Source: a virus
Taxonomy: Duplodnaviria > Heunggongvirae > Uroviricota > Caudoviricetes
IMG/VR virus record: IMGVR_UViG_2671180577_000020
Reading direction: 5' to 3' (one strand)
DNA: 5,747 bases
The first letter of the stretch is position 1. Each line of letters begins with the position of its first letter. Made by a program: the position numbers and the translations under genes. Shown here one piece after another: positions 1 through 4,796 of the stretch. The notes beneath the pieces are model-generated. The model was not told where the DNA came from and made no database searches. It was given only the letters and a program-made list of their open reading frames with translations.

Positions 1-102
1 GTGAACTTTAAAAAGATGAGTGCTGAACTTATTCGGGCAATGGCATTTGCCATTCGTATTGTGGCCATTGCTGTTCTGGTCTGGGCAATCCGTTGGTGGT
101 GA
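1..102 (+). CDS. 3' end of an upstream gene (partial, start lies outside the window); possibly the endolysin by synteny, but the hydrophobic C-terminus is atypical
   Basis: Frame 1 is open from base 1 to TGA at 100-102, 2 nt before the Rz ATG at 104. Translation ends ...[25 protein letters not shown], a hydrophobic segment. It does not end like lambda R as I recall it. Product not identifiable from 33 codons. Confidence 0.4.
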   Translation: MNFKKMSAELIRAMAFAIRIVAIAVLVWAIRWW

Positions 103-103
103 A

Positions 104-598
104 ATGAACCGCGTTCTGTGTGTGGTCATCATTGCTCTGCTGGTGGCCTGTGGTGCGCTTAGTCTGGGGCTGAATCATTACCGCGATAACGCCATCACTT
201 ACAAAGCGCAGCGCGATAAAAAAGCCAGTGAACTGAAGCTGGCGAACGCAACCATTACTGATATGCAGGTGCGCCAGCGCGATGTTGCTGCGCTCGATGC
301 AAAATACTCGAGGGAATTAGCCGATGCGAGAGCTGAAAATGAAACTCTGCGTGCTGATGTTGCCGCTGGTCGTAAGCGCCTGCGGATCAACGCCACCTGC
401 TCCGGTACCGTGCGTGAAGCCACCGGCACCTCCGGCGTGGATAATGCAACCGGCCCCCGACTGGCAGACACCGCTGAACGGGATTATTTCATCCTCAGAG
501 AACGGTTGATGACAATGCAGAAGCAGCTGGAAGGGGCGCAGGAATATATCCGCACTCAGTGCACTAAGCTGGCTTTTTATTATCCGGAGGATATATGA
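104..598 (+). CDS. Rz: Rz-type i-spanin (inner-membrane spanin subunit)
   Basis: Protein from the ATG at 104 ([39 protein letters not shown]...VAALDAKY...VAAGRKRL...[11 protein letters not shown]...[12 protein letters not shown]) is near-collinear with lambda Rz as I recall it: N-terminal TM helix, then a coiled-coil periplasmic domain. The track ORF starts at 20, but homology begins at the ATG at 104, which sits just after the upstream stop with GGTGGTGA as a weak SD. Confidence 0.9.
   Translation: MNRVLCVVIIALLVACGALSLGLNHYRDNAITYKAQRDKKASELKLANATITDMQVRQRDVAALDAKYSRELADARAENETLRADVAAGRKRLRINATCSGTVREATGTSGVDNATGPRLADTAERDYFILRERLMTMQKQLEGAQEYIRTQCTKLAFYYPEDI
324..509 (+). CDS. Rz1: Rz1-type o-spanin (outer-membrane lipoprotein spanin subunit), embedded in the +1 frame of Rz
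   Basis: 61 aa, [61 protein letters not shown]. Signal peptide plus lipobox (LVVSAC), proline-rich mature part, and the conserved [20 protein letters not shown] block of lambda Rz1. GAGGGA lies 8 nt upstream of the ATG. It lies entirely inside Rz in another frame, the classic arrangement. Confidence 0.85.
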   Translation: MRELKMKLCVLMLPLVVSACGSTPPAPVPCVKPPAPPAWIMQPAPDWQTPLNGIISSSENG

Positions 599-819
599 AG
601 AAATTACTGGTAACCGTAAAGCCTTTTCAGGGAACAATTCTGTTCCGTATTTTGCAGCGTGGTCGTGTTCTTGTTGAAGGTTCGTTCAGTGGTAAATGTA
701 CGCAATTACACTCCCGGACCTTTCAGGTGAATGCCACGAATGAAGAGCTAACCGTTGAGTGTACGATGAATGCCGCTAAATGCCGCATGGTATCCGCTGC
801 ATTACAGCCAGTGTGTTGA
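595..819 (+). CDS. hypothetical small protein (74 aa), translationally coupled to Rz; function unknown
   Basis: Its ATG at 595-597 overlaps the Rz stop at 596-598 (ATATGA), with GGAGGA 6-11 nt upstream. Same strand as the late operon. No signal peptide or TM; three Cys in the C-terminal third. No family recognised. Confidence 0.5.
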   Translation: MKKLLVTVKPFQGTILFRILQRGRVLVEGSFSGKCTQLHSRTFQVNATNEELTVECTMNAAKCRMVSAALQPVC

Positions 820-1094
820 GCGACCTTATTATCCATGCGCGGTATTGTCGCCGTATTCCCGCATTAACAGAGACCGCAGCCCGACCGGGAGACTCCTCTT
901 CGCGAGTGTGCGGGGATAATCAAAAACGATACACACCGGGGTTTACCGCGTTAACGGAGCGCGGCGTTGCCCCTCATAGTCGCCTGTCCGGTGCGATGGT
1001 GGAAGAAGCCGGACGATGTGTTACCTCGCAAGCCCTGTTATGTGTCTGATTTGTGATTTAAGTCGGATAATTGTCGTTGCCATCAAGCAGAGGA

Positions 1095-1137
1095 TTGATG
1101 ACCGACAGGGTGGCATTGTTAGAATAAGACTTATTCT
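1095..1137 (+). promoter_or_regulatory. candidate sigma70 promoter with an overlapping palindromic operator-like site upstream of the TonB-CTD lipoprotein gene
   Basis: TTGATG (1095-1100) and TAGAAT (1120-1125) with a 19 nt spacer, longer than optimal. Overlapping the -10 is the dyad AGAATAAG-A-CTTATTCT (1121-1137), 8 bp arms. An AT-rich GATAAT-type tract at 1064-1082 (GATAATTGTCGTTGCCATC) is loosely Fur-box-like. Pattern-based only. Confidence 0.3.
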
Positions 1138-1151
1138 TATCTGTGCCGGGA

Positions 1152-1484
1152 ATGAAAATGAAAAGAAATCTTCCGTTAATTATTTTGTTGTCTTCTCTGG
1201 TTATGGGCTGTACGCAACATAAAACAGATATGCCCCGACAGTTGGTTAAGGCATTACCACAATATCCGGCCTATGCAGCGGCAAATTATATAAAGGGACG
1301 GGTTGATGTGAAGTTTGATATTGGTGCTGATGGTACTGTCACCCGAATTGAGTTTATCCGTTCAGAGCCGCACCATCTGTTTGATGAGCAGGTTGTAAAG
1401 GCGATGGCAAAATGGCGATTTGAGAAGGACAGGCCGCGTAAAGGCGTGAAGAAAACGTTTATCTTTAGTCCTTCTGCACCCTGA
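1152..1484 (+). CDS. lipoprotein with a TonB C-terminal domain (TonB-CTD-like, lipid-anchored); accessory (moron) gene
   Basis: MKMKRNLPLIILLSSLVMGC-TQHK is a signal peptide with lipobox (VMGC) and Thr at +2. The mature part (PQYPAYAAANYIKGRVDVKFDIGADGTVTRIEFIRSEPHHLFDEQVVKAMAKWRFEKDRP) carries the hallmark TonB C-terminal motif (P.YP..A...EG.V.V.F.V..DG.V..V.......FD..V..A...W.F). Start is ambiguous: GTG 1143, ATG 1152 or ATG 1158; 1152 chosen. Stop TGA at 1482-1484. Confidence 0.8.
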   Translation: MKMKRNLPLIILLSSLVMGCTQHKTDMPRQLVKALPQYPAYAAANYIKGRVDVKFDIGADGTVTRIEFIRSEPHHLFDEQVVKAMAKWRFEKDRPRKGVKKTFIFSPSAP

Positions 1485-1615
1485 TTATTTCATCAGAAAT
1501 TAATTATCACTCTGTTGTTATTCTGTACATTCCGGCTGGGTAAGTCTTGTTCCGCCGGATATGAAGATGAAATATTGTTGGAGGACAGTGGGTGCCTGCT
1601 CCTGTAACCGAACGT

Positions 1616-1816
1616 TCATTTCTCGTTATTTGTCATGCTGGCCGGACGCAGATGCGTTGCATCTGTTGCCAGCCTTCTCCTGCAGGCTTCAATAACCCAC
1701 GCTGAAAAGTTACCGGACCCTTTATGCTCAAGGGCGATGTTGATCTGTTCAATCATGTGATTGGGGAAACGGATATTGCGGGTTGTGGTTCTGCGGGTCC
1801 GGTTTTTCGATGACAT
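1616..1816 (-). CDS. small ribbon-helix-helix-like protein resembling the YlcI/YnfO (DUF3950) family of lambdoid prophages; antisense to the late operon
   Basis: Minus-strand ORF of 66 aa from the ATG at 1816-1814: MSSKNRTRRTTTRNIRFPNHMIEQINIALEHKGSGNFSAWVIEACRRRLATDATHLRPASMTNNEK. Strong SD (TAAAGGAAATAAAT-ATG). The track ORF extends 20 codons upstream, but the internal ATG has the RBS and matches the family N-terminus as I remember it. The family sits just upstream of the terminase region in E. coli cryptic prophages, as here. Family recall is from memory, not a search. Confidence 0.75.
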   Translation of the reverse strand: MSSKNRTRRTTTRNIRFPNHMIEQINIALEHKGSGNFSAWVIEACRRRLATDATHLRPASMTNNEK

Positions 1817-1857
1817 ATTTATTTCCTTTACTGATTGCCATATGACGGGGATTTTAC

Positions 1858-2223
1858 ATGGCTGAGCTTCGTACACTCCAGAGCAGAATCAAAACTCTGA
1901 ACACCCGACGGGTGAATATTCTGAAGGGGGAACAGCGTCGTGTCAGTGGCAGTGCACGTGTTTCCCTCAAGCGTCATATCTGGCTCAGGGATGCCGGGCA
2001 GTGCTGTCTCTGTGGTCGTGTGGTTGACCTCTGTGACAGTGAACTCGATCACCGCATTGCACTTCAGTTCGGTGGTGGTAATGAGGAGACGAATCTCTGG
2101 ACGCTCTGTACCGAATGCCATCGCCAGAAGTCAGTCAGTGAAACGGCGAGTGGTATGCCGGACCCGACGCTGCCGGAGGTGTCCGGAGGTCATGGCAGGG
2201 CAGACGATATCATCGGACTGTGA
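1858..2223 (+). CDS. HNH endonuclease (phage packaging-associated HNH, HK97 gp74-like)
   Basis: 121 aa with the canonical HNH/zinc-finger signature: CxxC (CCLCGR) ... DHRIALQFGGGNEETNLWTLCTECHRQK (D-H ... N ... C..C-H). Sits immediately upstream of the cos-like region and the terminase genes, the conserved position for HNH packaging cofactors. Confidence 0.9.
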   Translation: MAELRTLQSRIKTLNTRRVNILKGEQRRVSGSARVSLKRHIWLRDAGQCCLCGRVVDLCDSELDHRIALQFGGGNEETNLWTLCTECHRQKSVSETASGMPDPTLPEVSGGHGRADDIIGL

Positions 2224-2282
2224 TCCGCCCCGGGGGGGGATCATCCGGCGAAAAAAACGATCGCCCCGGACACCGCCCCCCG
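2224..2282. other. GC-rich dyad-symmetric element, candidate cosN (terminase nicking site)
   Basis: CCGCCCC-GGGGGGGG-ATC (G8 at 2232-2239) ... GATCGCCCCGG ... CACCGCCCCCCG (C6 at 2276-2281). Imperfect inverted repeat CCGGGGGGGGATC / GATCGCCCCGG centred near 2250, between the HNH stop and the TerS start, about 260 bp upstream of TerS. Positional analogy to lambda cosN; the ends are not proven. Confidence 0.3.
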
Positions 2283-2312
2283 TCTCATGCAGAGAAAAAA
2301 TTCCCGTTTCAG

Positions 2313-2440
2313 GCCAGTTAACATGTTAACTGGCTGTTCGGCCTTTTTTCTGTTTTTATCTTTATTATTCAGTTTGTTGTGCGAAAAAAATGTTAACTGG
2401 CTTTTTCAGCAAATGTTAACCAGGCAGCAGTTAACATTTG
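2313..2440. repeat. array of five TGTTAAC/GTTAACA motifs including a perfect 22-bp palindrome, separated by an AT-rich phased T-tract; candidate cosB-like terminase small-subunit binding sites
   Basis: Perfect palindrome GCCAGTTAACATGTTAACTGGC at 2313-2334. AAAAAAATGTTAACTGGC at 2384-2401. Inverted pair AAATGTTAAC (2411-2420) / GTTAACATTT (2430-2439) with a 9 bp spacer. AT-rich tract 2341-2390 (TTTTTTCTGTTTTTATCTTTATTATTC...) could be an IHF or intrinsic bend site. The layout resembles lambda cosB (R sites flanking I1). Confidence 0.45.
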
Positions 2441-2511
2441 CGGCATGAGACGCCGGGAAAAATGGGCTGAACCATACCCGGCTGAGTGCGTTATGGACCC
2501 GGGAGGAGGCT

Positions 2512-3075
2512 GTGCTGACAACGCAAAAACGAAAATTTGCGCTGGCGCTCATGTCCGGGAAAAACAAAACAGCGTCAGCCCTTGCCGCCGGTTATTCGGC
2601 GAAGACAGCCAGGGTTAAAGGCTCGCAGCTGGCAAAAGATCCGGAGGTGCTTGCGTTTATAGCCCGTAAACAGTGCGAGACGGTGGAGGTGGATGAGGTT
2701 CCTGTTTACCGGCAGAAAAAATCAGAGCCGGAGGATAAACCCCGTCGCCGTGAGGCGGCTGCAATACCACAGCCGGACGAAACAAATCCGGAGATGCCAC
2801 CGCCCGTGGTGATATCTCCTGGTATTGAGTATATGGAGGACGGTCTTCCCGATCCGGTGAAAGCGATGGGGCGTCTTCTGGTGGAGAACATTAATACCGA
2901 CCCCAGGCTGGCGCTGGATGCGGCTTATAAGCTGGCGCAGTTCACGCACCACAAAAAAGGGGATGCCGGTAAAAAATCGGCAAAAGGTGACGCGGCGAAA
3001 AAAGCGGCTAACCGTTTTGCGGTGCCACCACCACCCCGCCTGGTGGTGAATAATGATAATGAGGGCAACGGATGA
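2512..3075 (+). CDS. terminase small subunit (TerS; Terminase_2/P27-like HTH type)
   Basis: 187 aa from GTG 2512, preceded by a strong SD GGGAGGAGG (2501-2509). The N-terminus QKRKFALALMSGKNKTASALAAGYSAKTARVKGSQLAKDPEV is the typical TerS HTH region; lysine-rich basic C-terminus. Stop overlaps the TerL start (ATGA at 3072-3075). Confidence 0.85.
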   Translation: MLTTQKRKFALALMSGKNKTASALAAGYSAKTARVKGSQLAKDPEVLAFIARKQCETVEVDEVPVYRQKKSEPEDKPRRREAAAIPQPDETNPEMPPPVVISPGIEYMEDGLPDPVKAMGRLLVENINTDPRLALDAAYKLAQFTHHKKGDAGKKSAKGDAAKKAANRFAVPPPPRLVVNNDNEGNG

Positions 3076-4733
3076 TACCTGTGTGGAGCACGGCATGTCC
3101 GGACTGGGCAGAGCGCCTGAAAAAGGGGCTGTCGATTATTCCGGCTCCGATTTATCCGGACCAGGCTGCACATGCACTGGCGATTTTTAAACAACTGCGG
3201 ATTGTGGATGCACCGGGTAGCCCGACATTCGGGGAGTCCTGTGCACCGTGGGTGTTTGACCTGGTGGCGGCCCTGTTTGGCTCCTACGATGCGCAGACCG
3301 GTGTTCGCCATATCAAGGAAGTGTTTATCCTTATCCCCAAGAAAAACAGTAAGTCCACGCTGGCCGCGGGGATCATGATGACGGCGCTGTTACTGAACTG
3401 GCGGCAGGCGGCGGGCTACACCATTCTGGCCCCGACCGTGGAGGTGGCGGCTAACGCCTTCAACCCTGCCAGGGATATGGTACGACGGGACGATGATCTG
3501 GATGACCTCTGTCAGGTGCAGACACATATCCGGACCATCACCCATCGGGTGACGGACACCACCCTGAAGGTGGTGGCAGCCGATCCGAATACGGTGTCCG
3601 GTATCAAGTCCGTGGGGACACTGATTGATGAACTGTGGCTGTTTGGCAAGCAGTACAAAGCGGAAGACATGCTACGTGAAGCCATCGGCGGGCTGGCTTC
3701 ACGTCCGGAAGGGTTTGTGGTGTACACAACCACCCAGTCGAATGAACCGCCTGCCGGGGTGTTCAGGCAGAAACTGCAGTACGCCCGGGATGTCCGTGAC
3801 GGCAAAATTCATGATCCGCACTTTCTGCCGGTGATATTTGAGCATCCTCCTGAAATGGTGGAAAGCGGGGCTCACCTGCTGATGGAAAACCTCGCCATGG
3901 TTAACCCGAATCTCGGTTATTCGGTGGATGAGGCCTTTCTGTACCGGGAGTATCGTAAAGCCCGGGAAGCCGGGGAAGAGACTTTCCGCGGTTTCATGTC
4001 AAAACACGCCAATGTGGAAATCGGTCTTGCCCTGCGTTCTGACCGCTGGGCGGGCGCGGATTTCTGGGAGCAGCAGGGCAGGCGCGTCAGCCTGGACGAT
4101 ATCCTGCAGCGCGCTGATGTGGTGACGGTGGGGATTGACGGCGGGGGCCTGGATGATCTGCTGGGAATGTACGTGACTGGCCGTGACAGGGAAACCCGCG
4201 AATGGCTGGGCTGGGGCCATGCCTGGGTGCATGAAACCGCGGTGGTCAGACGGAAGAGTGAGGCATCCCGGTTTCAGGATTTTGTGGCCTGTGGAGACAT
4301 GACGATTGTCCGTCGGGTCGGGGATGACACGGCGGAAGTGGCGGAGTATGTGCGTCGTATTCATGAGGCTGAGTTACTGGATCATATCGGTATTGACCCG
4401 TCAGGTGTGGGGCAGATTCTGGATTCACTGGCGGAAGCCGGGATCCCCGATGAGAGTGTGGTGGGGATAAGCCAGGGCTGGAAGCTGGGCGGGGCCATCA
4501 AAACCACCGAGCGCAAACTGGCTGAGGGAGTGCTGGTGCATGGTGGTCAGCCACTGATGGCCTGGTGCGTTGGCAATGCCCGGGTGGAGCCTAAAGGTAA
4601 CGCCATTCTTATCACCAAACAGGCCAGCGGACGGGGAAAAATTGACCCTCTGATGGCGCTCTTCAATGCGGTGTCCCTGATGTCCCTGAATCCGGAACCG
4701 AAAAAGAAAGCGTATGAGGTTTTTTTCATATAA
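3072..4733 (+). CDS. terminase large subunit (TerL; HK97/Terminase_1 family ATPase-nuclease)
   Basis: 553 aa. Deviant Walker A typical of Terminase_1 large subunits (LIPKKNSKST; compare PRKNGKS). The length and the acidic C-terminal half are compatible with a nuclease domain (inference). ATG overlaps the TerS stop (translational coupling). Ends TAA at 4731-4733. Confidence 0.93.
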   Translation: MIPVWSTACPDWAERLKKGLSIIPAPIYPDQAAHALAIFKQLRIVDAPGSPTFGESCAPWVFDLVAALFGSYDAQTGVRHIKEVFILIPKKNSKSTLAAGIMMTALLLNWRQAAGYTILAPTVEVAANAFNPARDMVRRDDDLDDLCQVQTHIRTITHRVTDTTLKVVAADPNTVSGIKSVGTLIDELWLFGKQYKAEDMLREAIGGLASRPEGFVVYTTTQSNEPPAGVFRQKLQYARDVRDGKIHDPHFLPVIFEHPPEMVESGAHLLMENLAMVNPNLGYSVDEAFLYREYRKAREAGEETFRGFMSKHANVEIGLALRSDRWAGADFWEQQGRRVSLDDILQRADVVTVGIDGGGLDDLLGMYVTGRDRETREWLGWGHAWVHETAVVRRKSEASRFQDFVACGDMTIVRRVGDDTAEVAEYVRRIHEAELLDHIGIDPSGVGQILDSLAEAGIPDESVVGISQGWKLGGAIKTTERKLAEGVLVHGGQPLMAWCVGNARVEPKGNAILITKQASGRGKIDPLMALFNAVSLMSLNPEPKKKAYEVFFI

Positions 4734-4758
4734 CCCTGCTCACCCTGTAACCATCATG

Positions 4759-4786
4759 AACCGCTGCGGCGGTTTTTTTATTTTCA
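4759..4786 (+). terminator. candidate intrinsic terminator or RNA-stabilising hairpin between TerL and the protease gene
   Basis: AACCGC-TGCG-GCGGTT (6 bp GC-rich stem, 4 nt loop; 4759-4774) followed by TTTTTTATTTTC. It lies inside the late operon, so it would have to be read through, for example by Q antitermination. Confidence 0.45.
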
Positions 4787-4796
4787 GGAGGCTGAT

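Noticed and set aside
20-103. N-terminal extension of the Rz ORF (track start at 20)
   Set aside because: Homology to Rz begins at the ATG at 104; the stretch 20-103 overlaps the upstream gene's 3' end in another frame and has no counterpart in Rz.
199-637. Minus-strand ORFs 199..471 (90 aa) and 317..637 (106 aa)
   Set aside because: Antisense to the well-supported Rz/Rz1 genes; Ala/Arg/Ser-rich, low-complexity translations typical of the reverse strand of GC-rich coding DNA; no RBS context.
820-1151. Possible bor-like lipoprotein remnant on the minus strand, as found after Rz in lambda
   Set aside because: Hand translation of the minus strand across this gap gave only very short ORFs with no lipoprotein signal or Bor-like sequence.
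820-1151. tRNA or other structured RNA gene in the noncoding gap
   Set aside because: No GTTCGA-type T-arm motif or cloverleaf-compatible pairing was found by eye; only short local hairpins.
780-1222. Plus-strand ORFs 780..1049 (89 aa) and 1016..1222 (68 aa)
   Set aside because: They overlap the 3' end of the 595..819 gene and the 5' end of the TonB-CTD gene respectively, in other frames; Arg/Cys-rich composition; no recognisable domain or RBS. Treated as noncoding, though a decayed gene cannot be excluded.
1616-1876. Longer 86-aa version of the minus-strand RHH-like ORF starting at 1876
   Set aside because: The upstream 20 codons (MYEAQPCKIPVIWQSVKEIN) overlap the HNH start and have no RBS; the internal ATG at 1816 has a strong SD and matches the family N-terminus.
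1828-2329. ORFs 1828..2121 (-) and 1940..2329 (+)
   Set aside because: Antisense or alternative-frame reads through the HNH gene and the GC-rich cos-like region; the 1940..2329 product is Arg/Ser/Val low-complexity.
2224-2511. CRISPR array or attachment-site repeat interpretation of the TGTTAAC repeats
   Set aside because: The repeats are short (7-22 bp), partly palindromic and irregularly spaced, with no uniform repeat-spacer periodicity; the position between HNH and TerS fits packaging or regulatory sites far better.
2706-3311. Minus-strand ORFs 2706..2891, 2722..3096 and 2925..3311
   Set aside because: Antisense to TerS and the TerL 5' end; His/Arg/Cys-rich translations; no support.
3172-4729. 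Internal and antisense ORFs within TerL (3172..3378 +, 3625..3834 +, 3928..4125 +, 3512..3805 -, 3999..4364 -, 4246..4428 -, 4547..4729 -)
   Set aside because: All lie inside the continuous 553-aa TerL reading frame, in other frames or on the opposite strand; composition is non-protein-like.
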